Source of the DNA: Azolla caroliniana
Lineage: Eukaryota > Plantae > Polypodiophyta
Direction: 5' to 3'
DNA: 64,000 bases
Assembly (NCBI GenBank): GCA_043228905.1
Contig: JBHGNT010000001.1
Span: 9,238,001-9,302,000 of the forward strand
Part shown: one piece after another, positions 1-13,700 of the stretch
Position numbering within the stretch: the first letter of the stretch is position 1
Layout: each line of letters opens with the position of its first letter
Position numbers and translations under genes: made by a program
Notes under the pieces: generated by a model
The model's input: the letters and a program-made list of their open reading frames with translations, nothing else
What the model was told of the DNA's origin: nothing
The model's database searches: none

Positions 1-544
1 AATCTTTAATTTAATTACAAGAAATCACCAAAATACCATGATGCCAAAAAATTTCAAGAACCAATATCTAGTCAACAGTCAAGAAATCAAACCCACTTAT
101 CACCACCATAGTCTCATCATGAACAACAAGAATAAAAAAGTATGATCCTAAACAGAGCATTCTAAAATAAGATAATATTTATGAATTTTACATTGCAGAT
201 TTTTCATTGGTAAGACTTTTCTATCGGCATTCTTACCTAGGCTTTTATTATTTATTTATTGTATTCTTTAGATTAGCTGCCATCATGATATTTTGGTATA
301 TGGTACATATTTTGATGAATCTATTCTTTCCCTACAAATCTACACATATCATGCATAGTGACCATGCGGTGAGATAGCTTTTTATCCTAATTCAAGTAAT
401 TCTTGAGTAATGAGTGCAACGGCAAGAGTCCAATTGTATTTTATTCGTATTTATATATGGGCTACACAGTAGTTGCCATTCATTCTGTATTTCTGATGTA
501 CAATAATGATATATGATTAGAGAGAAAAACTTTGAATACAACAA

Positions 545-1205
545 GTAATACACAATCCTCGTAAATGAGTTTATCCATCACTTTCTAGCATCTTCTGTTG
601 AGCAACTAAGAAGCCACAATATATTGCTTCAGGTAACATACACAAGTAAATACTTAGGAATCAGAACCCTAAACCTATCACTCATACAATCCTCATGAAT
701 GCGTTTATCCATCACTTTCTAACATTCTCTCTTAGGGGACTTACAAGCTACAACATATTGCTTCAGGTAACATACATAAATAAATACTTAGGAATCAGAA
801 AGTTAAATCCTATCATTCATACAGTCCTCGTGAATGAGTTTATCCATAACTTTCTAGCACCGTCTCTTAGGTGACTAACACACTACAACATATTGCTTAA
901 GGTAACATACACAAATAAATACTTACTTAGGAATCAGGATGCTAAACCTATCACACATACAATCCTCGTCGATGAATTTATCCATCACTCTATAGCACCC
1001 TCTCTTAGGTGACTAACAAGAGACAATATATTGCTTCAAGGTACCATACACAAATAAATACTTACTTAGGAATCAGAATGCTAAACCTGTTACTCATACA
1101 ATCCTCGTTAATAAATTTATCCATCACTTTCTAGTATCCTCTCTTCAGTGACTTATATCACAAGTAAATACTTAGGAATCAGAATGCTAAACATATTACT
1201 CATAC
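545..1205. repeat. Tandem repeat, about 5 diverged units of ~135-139 bp, probably in an intron of the ARMC6-like gene
   Basis: The motif CAATCCTCGT(G/A)AATGAGTTTATCCATCACTTTCTAGCA...AAATACTTAGGAATCAGAA recurs at about 553, 687, 822, 960 and 1099. Confidence 0.9.
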
Positions 1206-1534
1206 GCTCTCAGAAAGAGAGCCTCTTTTAGCCACGTACAACATGACAACAAAGCAATTTTTTTTGAAAATCTCTATCTTTTTCCTAGCTGGAAGCTTTC
1301 AGGGTGCTTTCACTTTATTTGGATTTTGTCAATGCATATGTTTATAAAAGTGGGAGAAGGTAAATGCGCAAACCTTCATTGTGAAAGTTCTCCTATAACA
1401 ATTTGATTCTATGTTGATAAATAAAATCCTTCTGTGTTGCGCGTATGTATGGAAGTTCTATAAAGAGTTATTGAAGATCAAATAATCCCTTGTTTCAGCA
1501 TGACCATAAACAAAAATAGTTCCATGAAACTGAC

Positions 1535-2508
1535 CTTTGAGGAGAATTTTTAACGTCTTCAAGCCCACAGTGATGCCATGAATACAATGGTTGAGAAAAG
1601 TAACAGAAGTGATAGTTACTTCTACCCCTCCATATCTCCCTGCCAAACCTGGTGCTTCAGAGCCCTCCTCTTGGCATAACCCATATAGCTTTTCTAAAGA
1701 TGCAGTGGACTGATCTTTCGTCATAGCACATTCCAACTCCTTGATTGCCTTGACAATGGGATGGCTACCAATATCCTCACTTCTGGTTCCATTTGTAATG
1801 ATGCCTGAAGTCACAAGAAAAATTTTGGTAAGAAGCGAAAATTTTGGTAAGAAGCGAAAGAATGATCACAAAAGCTAACAAAAAAACATGGAGAGGAACA
1901 AATGAGCAGAGAAATATAAAAATGAGGTTTGAATATTTCTGATGTTTGAGAACTTCATGAAATTTTCAAGATATTTGATTTGTAGAATAAGAGCTTACAT
2001 GGAACCTGCTAATATAAAGACAGACGTATAATGCGATGCAATAGGAAGAAAGAAGAAAGAAAACGTGGATATGAACAAATCCTACAGAGTTAACGTTATT
2101 TTATCCCAGAACGAAGTGTTTGCAGGGATCCTATTAGAAGAAAAAGAAGAATTTTGACAATGCCAAAGAAAAGAAAGAGGTTCAAAAGACAATAAAGAAA
2201 CATGGATATATTATACACAGAACAAAAGACAAGGATATAAACAATTCGGCGACGCGATGTATTAGATGACGCTAACATGCCCGATTGGTCAAAATCACTT
2301 CCTCAAATGATGATGATAGGGTTCAGTACTCCATCCCAACCAATATCGAGAAGGAACGGTTACCTCTCAGATCTACTCCTTGGAGCTTGAATGTGTTGAT
2401 GGCGTCGTCAAGAGCTTCTTCGAGGGGCATGTCGAAATCATCCATGTTCTCCTTCACCAAGCTGTCGAAGGCCTCCTGAGAGATTTGAACCTTCGTTCTG
2501 CTGGCCAT
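1535..2508 (-). CDS. ARMC6: Armadillo repeat-containing protein 6-like, first two exons (2508-2364, 1804-1535); the gene presumably continues past the left edge
   Basis: The N-terminus ISQEAFDSLVKENMDDFDMPLEEALDDAINTFKLQGVDLRG|IIT matches the ARMC6 hallmark (I.Q.TFD..V.EN..EF.M..EEA..EA...F..QGVDLS.I). The GT-AG intron is phase-consistent. Confidence 0.85.
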
Positions 2509-2654
2509 GGCGGATCTCCCACAGACACTCTAGAGACAGACAGACAGAGAAAGACAGAGATTCTACACGCTGGCATGCGCAGAGATGCCGCCGTACGTAG
2601 AGAATGTATTCGAATACGAATACGAATACGAATATATGTAATGGGAGGTACACG

Positions 2655-3625
2655 AGAGAGAGAGAGAGAGAAGAAAGAAAGAAAGAAAGGTGTATTAACG
2701 TCTTCTAAGGCCAAATTTGGCCCATGAGACAATTGGTTTACAACAATAGAGTATTTATCCAGTCATCATAACTAAAAATAAACTTAAGTAAAAAAAAATA
2801 GAACTTAAACTAAAAGAGTTCTAGTAGTGTACAATATGTAGTATACTCGAAAGTGACTATACACTAAGCCTAATTTTATTTCCACCCAAGCCTCTCGAAA
2901 AGAAGTGGGGGGTCAAAGGGTCTTGATGTGGGTTCCAATGTAGAGAGTGCCCTAGCCATGGCTTCTAGGCGGTGTAGCTCACGTTCCCTTATTTTCAATA
3001 TTGTGTCCACATCACGTTGAGTTGTTTTGAAACCCGGCACCCGAGGACGTCTGGTTCTTCTCTGGTTTTCTGCCTCATCAATGGAAAGGCCGAGTGGTGC
3101 AAGTGTGTCGTCATTCGTTGTCTCCTCAGGTTCCTGAAAAACTGCATTTGTTACATGTTCGTGATCATTAGCAGCATTATTGTCAACATTTTGTAATTTA
3201 TTCTCTCTGTGTTGTTTTAGTTCTAGAATGTATTTGCCTAATTTCTTTATATCTAGAGTATCTAATAGTTTGGGGAGGGTGGGAGACGGACCAAGTATGT
3301 CTTGGTATTTTGCCCTTATCTCGGCATAGGTTGGACACTTGCAAGTAAAGTGGTACTCATCCTCTATCTCTATGTGACATAACCTACATATCCTTTCCTC
3401 CCTAGGGACTCCACTAGTACGGCCATTTTCAATCTCAAGTTGGTGAGATGATATTCTAAGTTGTCCAATGGCAACCCTTAGTGTATGTGGTAAGAATACA
3501 TCTAGATATTTTGGCCGTGTGATAAAACCTAACTCAGAGAAGTGCATGAAGTGTTTCTTATAGTACGACATTTTAGATGGGAGTGGCTCTAGTGGGGTGA
3601 TCCATTTACACCGAGTGTAAATTTG
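2655..3625 (-). mobile_element. 5'-truncated non-LTR retrotransposon (RTEX-like): ORF2 C-terminus, 3' UTR and (TTTC)n/(TC)n tail
   Basis: ORF 2876-3679 contains LRISSHQLEIENGR...ERICRLCHIEIEDEYHFTCKCPTY (CCHC C-terminal domain). It is nearly identical to the copy at 59300-60250, and homology starts abruptly at about 3625. Confidence 0.85.
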
Positions 3626-3825
3626 GAAAGATTTTGCAAAAATATAAACACATATGGCAATTTGATTGAGGGAATGCAAGGCAATAATTTTAGAGGGTAC
3701 GGACCAATGTCATCTTTCATGGATTCTGTAAAAGAAAATGAATACTTTTGCGACTTTCATTACTACACAAAATGTTGGTAATAGGGTGACAAGTATTAGG
3801 AAGATGATATCATGACATCCTCTCA

Positions 3826-4032
3826 AATAAAATGATAATGTGTTTGGCACTCGATTCGTAATTACATGCCATGCTCCAATGAAGAAAAAGGAGAAGAAGA
3901 GCTTGGATCTTGTCAATTGTTTGATTCGAATAAAATGATAATGTGTTTGGCACTCGATTTGTAATTACATGCCATGCTGCAATGAAGAAAAAGGAGAAGA
4001 AGAGCTTGGATCTTGTTGATTGTTTGATTCGA
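3826..4032. repeat. Direct tandem duplication, 2 x ~103 bp
   Basis: AATAAAATGATAATGTGTTTGGCACTCGATT...GATCTTGT..ATTGTTTGATTCGA starts at 3826 and again at 3929. Confidence 0.92.
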
Positions 4033-4299
4033 TTCACTAGTAAAAAAGAGAGGAAAAAGAAAGGTTTGTGAACAAATCGGAGAACAAGGTCATGTGTCTA
4101 CATAACAAGTGCCATTCTATTAAGTGTGTTTTATAGAGGTCAATATCCCCCCAAAAAAATACATAGTCTCACGACAAAATTACATCAAGCCAAATTGAAA
4201 CAATGTTCCAAATATTCAAAAAACAACAAAATCTTCAACAAAAATCATATTTCTAAGTCTCTTTCTATTTCGTACAAAAACCATGTAAGGTCATTTGTC

Positions 4300-5760
4300 C
4301 ACTTTTAGCTATACGCTTAGAAACTATGGCAAAATTTGCCTCTTGAATAATTCTACGAGCACCCAATAAAGCTGATTTTAGTTGCTTTGTTTATTCAGAA
4401 CTCAAATAATTTGTTTTCATGATCGAATTGAGCACGAGTTCACTATCAACAATATGTTGCAATAGTTCATGAATAATCACATATTCTTCCTTGAAGCATC
4501 CGTGCATCTCAACAAACTCATAATCTGAATTGTTTTCATCATATGCAAGTGGTTCATTGGTGTTGGAAGCTTGTGCTATAGCTTCATCAATCTCTTCAAG
4601 GATATTTTGATTAAGTTATTTTTATTTATCTAGATTGAAACATTCCTTGATTTCATCTCAAATTTCTTCTACATTATGTGCATTTCCAAGCAAATTGCAA
4701 TTACATAACATAAGCAACAAGATCATCAATGCATTGATCTTCCATTTCAACAACTTCAACATCATTAATACAAAATGATGGAATAATATATGCCTTTTAT
4801 ATAATAATTAAAAAGTTTCTCCTGCTTGATTTCATTCCAAGCAATAACATATAAGCTTGGCAACATCTAACAAATGTGTCAACTTTCCCAAAGTTGAACC
4901 AATAGAACCTCTTTGCGTATGTTTAGCTACGTCCTCCAAATGAATCTTAGCATAATCAAGACTACCATGATATGACAAAATTTCTCTTATCAAATGATAT
5001 GTGTACCGTTTTTTCAAAGTTGCAATGATTCTTGTATCCATTGATTGCTTCCATGATGTGACATTTGCCGAGAAAAAAAAACACTTTGCTAGCATCACAT
5101 TCAATTGCTTTGGCATGGCAGGAGCATTATCAAGAATTCGAAGCACTTTGCAATTAGTTCAAGAACGAATAAGAGGTACAAACACTTGATCAAACCACTT
5201 ATTAAAGCTAGGGATACAAACACTTGTTTCATTCATATCGTACACACAACTAGGATCATACTCATTGGCTATAACATAGCCTCTCCAAAGAAGCCAACAA
5301 CTCAGGGGTCATTTCAATCAATTGCACCACATTCACCATACAAACTAACAATATTCAAACATTGGCGATGACAAAATTTCCTAAACCAACCCCAAGCTGC
5401 GTTGAAGTAATCATAAAAAAATATTAATTTGTGAAGCCAATCGTCGAGCCTCTCCATAATAATTGATGGCGGCAATGTAATCGATAGTTGACGAGATGCA
5501 TCAATCCAAGCATACAAAGTGTTCTTATAAATCAGGGTATTTTCCCTTTGATCCTCTAAAAGTTGTTTTTCTTGTATTTAGATCTTTTTGTTGGACACAC
5601 ACTCATACCTCATCCTTCTTCTTGATCAAACTTCTTATTGCATATTCACTTAACATCATCATAATTGTCTACTTATGTTGTGAAGAGAAGGAGCTGATGA
5701 TGGTTGTTCCACTAACTCCAAAAATTGTAACCTTTGTTCATCATTCAAACGAGGTCCAAC
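4300..5760 (-). mobile_element. Degenerate pogo/Tigger-like (Tc1/mariner, CENP-B-type DDE_1) transposase relic
   Basis: Fragments YAWIDASRQLSITLPPSII and FNAAWGWFRKFCHR..L.GE resemble the HTH_Tnp_Tc5 domain. LRILDNAPA...FFSANVTSWKQSMDTRIIATLKKRY resembles DDE_1 (LLxLDNAPxH...FLPxNxTSxxQPMDxGIIxxLKxxY). It carries stops and frameshifts, and I found no TIRs. Confidence 0.8.
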
Positions 5761-6054
5761 ACGTCACTTATGGGTTGAATTCATCTCTATACTAATGCTA
5801 ATAACTAAAGGAAGCTTTTTGACATGATCAAAACTTCAAACTCCATTAAAAAATAATAATCGTAAAAGTGTATTAAATCTTCTCTAATTTTAGATTTTAG
5901 ATTATAAAAGTGAATTAATGTATGGTATTTGCCTCTTGATCTTCTCCAATATACTAGGAAAGAAATCCCTCACAAATAAGTGCAATCCAATTAGATACAC
6001 GTGCAAAATGCACAATATGTAGTTATTGTATATACACGTCAAATCGGCCATGAT

Positions 6055-6560
6055 CATAGTTCCTTAATATGTATGTCAAGTGCACGATACATTTGTGCAT
6101 CTAATCAACATATTAACATTTATATAAACTGAATTTAGTATACGTACTCCGATTCAACCATAAAAAACTCATTGGTGTCATATTTAAGATCTAGTTGTTT
6201 CTCCATGCATGGTTTAGTAATAAAAAACATAGCACAATGTTAGAGGCCATTCTTTCAAGGTTCCTTATATATGTCAAGTGCACAACACATTTGTGCATTT
6301 AATCGACATATCAACATTTACATAAACTGAATTAAACATATGGATTCAATCTCAGCCATAAAAAACCCATTGGCATAACCTTTAAGATTTTTCTCTATGC
6401 ATGGTTTAGTGATAAAAAACATAGCACAATGTTAGAGATCATTCTTTCATAGTTCCTTAATGTGTCAAGTGCACAACACATATGTGCATCTAATTGAGAT
6501 ATTAACATTTACCTAAACATAATTCAACATATGAACCGGAAGAATGCATGGTTTAGCAAT
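6055..6560. repeat. Tandem repeat, about 2.5 units of ~191-198 bp
   Basis: GTCAAGTGCAC...CATTTGTGCAT.TAAT occurs at about 6075, 6273 and 6464. TGCATGGTTTAG also occurs three times. Confidence 0.88.
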
Positions 6561-6919
6561 CAAAACCTGCTTTTGGGCATGTACACAAAACATCAGCATA
6601 CCCAGAGAAGAATGTAGGAGCAATGTACATGTAGCATGGTGAACGACAATGTGAGAGTGATTATAGTAGCAATGAGGGTTTGATCATCTGCTCTTGGTGC
6701 CATGCTTTCTCAAAATGTGCAAAGAAAGGAAACTTGGAATGATTTTTTTTGTTGTCGTTGTAAAAAAACCCTAAGTGTGCAACTACTTACTTAAGTGCGC
6801 ACTTTTTCCTCGAGATCAAAGTGTGCATTGAACTGAATGATTACTATAGTTGCCTTGGGCAGAGGTTCTTACGAATGCACGTGCGAGTGAGATTGATCGA
6901 TCGGTCATCCGTCCAATAG

Positions 6920-7170
6920 CGAAGGAAACCCTAGTAGCTAAATCATTGCCACAACCGAGCTTATTAAGAATGCGTGAATGCATGAGATCAATCAGTGTGC
7001 ACCGATAGGGTTGGGCGGGTCCCATAGCCGAGAAACCCTAGTAGCGACTAAATCATTACCGTATGCGAGCTAAAGAATGGGTGATAATCGTGTGTGAACC
7101 GCTAGGGTTGGGCGAGTCGTGTGGCCGAGGAAACCCTAGAGTAGTAATCTAGAATCATTTCCACATTTGA
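6920..7170. repeat. Three diverged ~100-107 bp units containing telo-box AAACCCTA and inverted TAGGGTT, upstream of DGS1
   Basis: GAAACCCTAG...AATCATT occurs at about 6925, 7032 and 7130. TAGGGTTGGGCG occurs at about 7006 and 7103. Confidence 0.75.
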
Positions 7171-7348
7171 GCCAGACTGGTGAGGAACATTGAGTATGTG
7201 TATATAGATAGTACAGTATTTAATTAGGTAAGGCAGCAGATTGCAAAAAGCTTCCATTGCTCACGAAGGGGATTTCTTCTTCTTCTTCTTCTTCTTCTTC
7301 TTCTTTCATACCTCTTTTGAGAGAAGAGTCAGAGATTAATACATAGGC

Positions 7349-10300
7349 ATGGACTCTCTTCTTCGCAGGGCGGAGGAGACGGCCAAACAGTGGAGCCATG
7401 AAGTTTGGATATCTGTCTCCCACGGGACCAGAAGAATCTATGGCCTCGCAGGATCTCTACACCAGGGCTTCATCCTCTCTCTCACGCACAGTGGCTCAAG
7501 GAAGAGGATTCGATCTCGGAAACTCCACGTGCTTCCGTTTCCCTTCCCAACACAATTGCCGCCGCCGTCGCCTTCGTCAGTGTATGTGATTCAAAACTTT
7601 ACTAGAGAGGGAGACGAACTGATATATATGAATGGCTTCGAAAATGCCATGATGACCTATGAGACCGAAATAAATTACATTAAGGGGAGATTCTAACGAA
7701 ATAGAAGGAGAAAAGAAACTCTTTTGTATGTAAATAGAAAGAGCTTGGATATTTTTAGCTCAGCTGGTAAGTTTTATCCAACAGGAACAAGAAGAACATG
7801 CATTCGACCCCTATATTCTGCAGCGGCATCTAGTAAAGTAGTGCATATAGTGTGATTTGAACATGGGTGGATGGCTTATAACTAGTCCTAGATAGATAGA
7901 CCTATGAGACCAAAAATATTACATTTCCCGTAATACATGAGGAAGTGAATGGCAACTCTCAATATTCAAGAAAGTTACTAGTGAGTGTTGCAATCAAGAG
8001 TGCACATTGTGGTTGTGAGAGGAATTCGTGCAAGGATTGGGTTTGGTTAGAGAGAGAGAGATAGAGAGAGAGAGATAGAGAGAGATAGAGATTTTATTAT
8101 CATCTTCGGAGGTCAAATATGGCCTATGAGACCCAAAATATAACATTTTTATGTAATACATGTAAAAACGAGTAGCAACTCCCGATGTTCAAGAAATCTA
8201 CTAATGAATGTCGCAATTGAGACTGCTCATTGTAATTGTGAGAGAAATTTGTGTAAGGATCAGGTTTGGTCAAAGATGTGTGGAAAGCATAGTCAAATGT
8301 GATAAAAGGTACAACATTGTATCAAACTATGATTTTGAGTCGTTTGAACTTGTTTCGTACAAAGTGTGCTAGTCAACTACTCTCATTACTTCTGCTCCAA
8401 ATGTTCAAGAAATCTACTAATGAATGTTGCAATTGAGAGTGCTCATTGTAATTGTGAGAGAAATTCGTGTAAGGATCGGGTTTGGTCAAAGATGTGTGGA
8501 AAGCATAGTCAAATGTGATAAAAGGTACAACATTGTATCAAACTATGATTTTGAGTCGCTTGAACTTGTTTCGTACAAAGTGTGCTAGTCAACTACTCTC
8601 ATTACTTCTGCTCCAACACCTTTCCTCACATGCAATGAGTGTAAGCTAAGTTGTATGGAAGCAATGGTATGAATGGAATATGATGTGATAAGCTCATGTA
8701 TTGACGTGTGTGGTTTCCCAATTTAATGAATAATATGGTTTTATTGTTAGATGCAATATATACAATATAATCTATGAAATGCCACACTTTTCTATTCAAT
8801 TGGAAACACAAAATTTAGCTTTAATATGTCTTTTGTATCTTTTTTGCTTGGTTTCCATGTGATTCAGGAGAGAGAATAGAAATCTCATCTAAATTGGAAG
8901 AGGGATAATAAGTTAGCTCCTAGAAGAACTAATTTTGTTTTTCTTATTGTGGCATTTATGTAATGATTGGTGGGATGCGATGATTTTACTTTTTGCTTAT
9001 TTCTTTTAGAGTGCCATATGCAAAGGGGAAAATGATGCGTAGGTATTTCATTTGCTTTACATAATGTAGTTTCAGATCATGATGTCTTCAATTTTAATGA
9101 GTCACACCTGTTTCTCGGAGCAACAATAAGAAGGGGTGGTCATGATGATCCCCATCTGCTGTAGAAACATCATTCATACTTTCTGTCATCCCATTTAGAT
9201 TTAGATATGTTGCATTCCCAAACATCTAGTCTTTATAGATTTTCAAAGGAATTGGATTAGTAAAGTGCAAACATTTGTCTGCCATGCTGTAAGTTGCTTC
9301 ACATTGTATTCAGATTTGAAACATCTTATAGCTGTTGGTACATTCATTCCTATTTATCCACTTTCATGGGTTCTCCTTGTAGGTGAAGGAAGGGCTACTA
9401 CCTGGCTGTTTGGTTTTAATTGTAATTATTTTGGTTTGCATACATCCATTGAAAGTCTTGTTGTTTAAAAGATTTCGTCAATGGCATAGAGGAGACATTG
9501 GGGGTGGAAACTTCCTAAAGTAAGAGAATTGAATTGTTGGTATCCTGATTAGATGTGCCCTGCATTTTGTTCATCATCTTCTGCTACTTGTATGATGATC
9601 TCCACTAGTTAATCGATACATAGTCTGAACATATTGGTGAGAAGGGGGATCTTGGTTCCATTCTGAGTTTTCTAGGAAATTGACATGAGAAACTCCACTT
9701 GTTTTCTAGTATGCAGGATACACGCTCATCCACTGCTTTAATACCATATGTTCAATTGTTTTTTTTGGTTTGTTGTTCTCAATGACAAGAAAACATTGTA
9801 AGATGTAACCTCTTGTTTGGTCTTATAAGCCATTTTAGCCTCTTAAAAGATGTTAAATAGCTTCCTTTCTTCCTTTCTGAGTATTCCATTTTTAAGCCTA
9901 TCCAAGTTCATTTTATAATGTAAACCTTGTAGAATTATGTTACGATTCCTAAGTGTATTTCTTTGGAAGTCCTAGCCAAGAATCAAACGATTAATTCCAG
10001 ATAAAAATGAAACGAGGCAAATGCTTCATAAGATTTACAAGGCTTGCCCATGAGGAGCACATAAAATTGTAGTGAAATTCTATGAATAAAAAGAAGAAGA
10101 AAAGATTATCTTTTTGCATTAAATCTACAATAAGCACATTGTTTACACACTTTTAAAGATATTACTCTTATTTCTATATATTTTTTTCATTGTTACAGTA
10201 TTTTAATTTTAAAAAATGGGAAGAAAAGAAATGCTTCATATTTCACTCTTTGGAAAGGCCAAAAATAGAGTAAAAGAAGTGCACGGAGTAGAATGTTGTA

Positions 10301-10756
10301 TTTATGTTTGGTCCTTGTTGAACTATGTCCCTTCAAGTAGGAAACATTCTTTCATTTTTGTTTGTAGTTTTTCACTGGCATGAGATGGAATCCTATATCC
10401 GTACTTATATAGGGTGCCCTTTGTACTATGTCATGAACTTTATATAAGGTGGAATATTAAATGATTTCAATACACTTACGGTCATTTCAAATAAATGCAG
10501 AGATACCAATGGATCTGTCAATATGGTTGTAGATGTCTTTGAAGAAGTCTCAAACAGGTTGATTTGCAGAGTTCATGATGCTCATAAAAACCTAAAGTTT
10601 TGGAAGGCTCGTGGTGAGGTTAGGTTCTTTTATTTGTGTCCTTTCCTAAAATGACATTCTCATCAGAAAAACAAATGTCATAATGTAACACGCCACACAG
10701 GTCTAATTTGTAGTTTTAATTCCACCTAATTCTCTATATCTTGTAGTTATCAATAC

Positions 10757-10790
<34 letters not shown>

Positions 10791-13700
10791 GTGATGGAAA
10801 TAAAGCTTGTATTCTCATAAGGGAAGATGAATGCCCTCCTAACATTATCAGTGATATGTGGGAAAGCTCACTTGTAGTATTCCCTGTGGATGCCAAGTTG
10901 CTACCTGTCATTTTGAGGTCATTTTTCTTGTAATCGCTAGTAGTTACTATACGTGGGTAGTCAGCATTGGTTATTTTGGTAGGAAATCTATTTGTTGCCT
11001 TCTGGGTTTCTTTTGTATTCTGTATATGTTTATATAGGTGCCTTGATAGGATACAATGACATGCATTAAACATGTTGACAGCATTTTCTTGTTTACAAGC
11101 TTTTCTTACATGGATCACAGGGAACTAAAATGCACAAAGTCCGATTCATGATTTTGGAGAGAGGCCCTTTGGCCTTTATCCAAGGGGTTTCTAAGCTAGT
11201 GCGAGATAGCATATGGGAAAGCTCTACAACACATGGATCAGTGATTACTGCTGTGTCTGAAATTTCCAAGAGAATGATGTTATTATCTGATTTGCAACAT
11301 CGTCTTGCTGTGGCTCTTGGAGAGGTGAGTCAGGAATGCCTGATTCAATGAGTGAATTAATATTGTCTGGATTTTGTCAGCATGAGGCTTTTAAATGAAC
11401 TTAATGATGGAAGTTAAGAATTTTAGAATGCGCTTCAATTTTCCTGGGTTTTGAAAGTTGCCATCCCCCAAATTTATTTTTCTTAACTTTTGGTGAAGAT
11501 CAATTGAAGCATTTCTTGTAATATTTAAGTTATAAACGTGTAGATGATTATCTTGCAGGTCTACAGAGAAGCAGATAGATTTGGTGATAGATTAGTTAAA
11601 GGTATATCGCTGGAAATGGTTTCTGAGGCATTGATATCTATACATAATGCAATTGTAACCCTTCAAGGGACATATGATCTTAATCAGGTAAATGACCTGA
11701 CTTAGATAGTATCCAATTTGCAGCCTGAAGGAACTCGTGGCATTTTGTGTTAGGAATAGTATGGCCACACTTTTTTTAGGATTATTTTCATATGCGCATT
11801 TGAGTAAAATATTATAAAAACAATATATTTCAGGAAAATGCATTCTGTTTTGAGGAATTGTTGAATCTTGATTATCATGATGCTATTTGACAGAGTAATC
11901 ACAGTCTGGAAATGGATATTGCGGCGAACATTACTTTACAGTTTAAAGATCTACCTGAGGAAATTTTAGAGAAGAAAGTCTGGACTGACACAGACGTTTA
12001 TGCCTGTGTTGTTCTGATACGAGAAAACCTGGAGCGGCTAGATGATTGTTTAACTATACTTGTGAGAACTTTTTATGTCTATCCTTTTCAGTAGAGATTG
12101 TCTTTATTAATAAATCACAATACACCAATCCATGTCATGCTAGTGCACTGCCAATTCCTAAGAATATAATGTGTATGTATATTGGCATGGCATATGTAAT
12201 TCATGAACTTGCATGCAAATGAATTCTATTTGTTATATGATAAATATCCGGATTGGAATTGATAAGATCTCCATGTCATTGTGATAGTTTGTTAGACTTG
12301 GTCTCACAGAATTTCCAGTATCCTTTCTTCACAGTATGTATCCTAGTTCAGGCTTGTCCTCATCTTGACGTAGGCTGCACAAGAGGAAGACTTTGTAGAG
12401 TCTCAAAAGAAACTTCAGGCATCTTCTTTGATAAAGGTTCTATGAAAGGGCACTAAAAACCATCTCAGTGGTTGGACTTATTGAACTGGAGAACTCACAT
12501 TGTCTGCAATATTTAGTTTCTCTTAAAATTCTGATGTAATGTATTGTATGCAGAACCCATGATGGAAAATTTGCATCCTTTTTAATATTGTAATATCTGG
12601 TTTCTTTTAGTTGCAAAATTACTGCAAACCGAGAAAAGCAGTACGGCGTTGGTTGCAGTACACTGGAGGAGCTGTAGGTCTTGCATTGGCATCAGGATGG
12701 GTTATACGGCATAGTCGTTTGATGGGTAGCCATGATATTGACAATTGGTTGAAACAGGGAAGTGAAGCAATCATGGCTTTTTCTATAGAGCACATTGAAA
12801 AGCCGGTATGTTGAACATTTGAAGGATTAATGGATACCTTTATGGTTTAGGAAATAATGACATTGATTTACATGTGTTGATATTGTTTTTCTTTTGAAAG
12901 TCAGTTAATGTCTATAAGGGATGATCTATTTGAGACATTCAGAAGAAGACATCATGGAGCTGCAGAGCTGGAAGATGTGCAACTAACAGCTGAGTCTCTT
13001 CAAAGGTTCAATTCAACACCAGTCTTAAAATAACTGACAGGCAGTATTTTTAAACGTTAAGCTGGCATTACAAGCCTTTTGCTTGTAGATACCTGAATTA
13101 GTGATGATATTCTTTGGACCTGCTGAACACGATATATGTAATGATGTGTTATAATAGGATGTTGAGAGCACTTACAGAACAACTGAAAGGAAGGGAAATT
13201 GCTAATATTTCATCAGAACAAGAAATGATGGAAATAGTTATGACCAGGTGTGGATTTGCCCAATTCTTATAACAAACTCATTGATATTTATACAATTTAT
13301 GTCATGTTTACATGCTATGATGTTTGCTCCAGGTATGAGCAAGAGATAACACATCCATTGCAGAATTTGCTTGGTGGCGAGCTTTTTCGGGCGATTCTTA
13401 TACAGGTTTATGCTCTACATAAATATTTTGGAAGGATAATGTCAGCAATAATGAAGCATAAATAAATTCATATTTCTGGTTTCAGGTTCAGAAGCTAAAG
13501 CTTGATATTGAGACGTAAGTCCATTTACTGGTTGCTTTCTGTGAAAAAATATGCTTTGTTTTCTTCTGCAAAATTATAACATTTTGATTTTTTAAAATCA
13601 GAGCTATGCTGGAGTTGAACCAAATTCTTCGTGCAAATGAGATTAACTTTGCAATATTGGCAGCACTACCAGCCTTTTTATTTGCTGTGATACTAATTTG

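Noticed and set aside
6920-7170. Possible telomerase RNA gene, because of the AAACCCTA motifs
   Set aside because: I found no USE (TCCCACAT) + TATA Pol III promoter upstream, and the motif is repeated rather than forming a single extended template.
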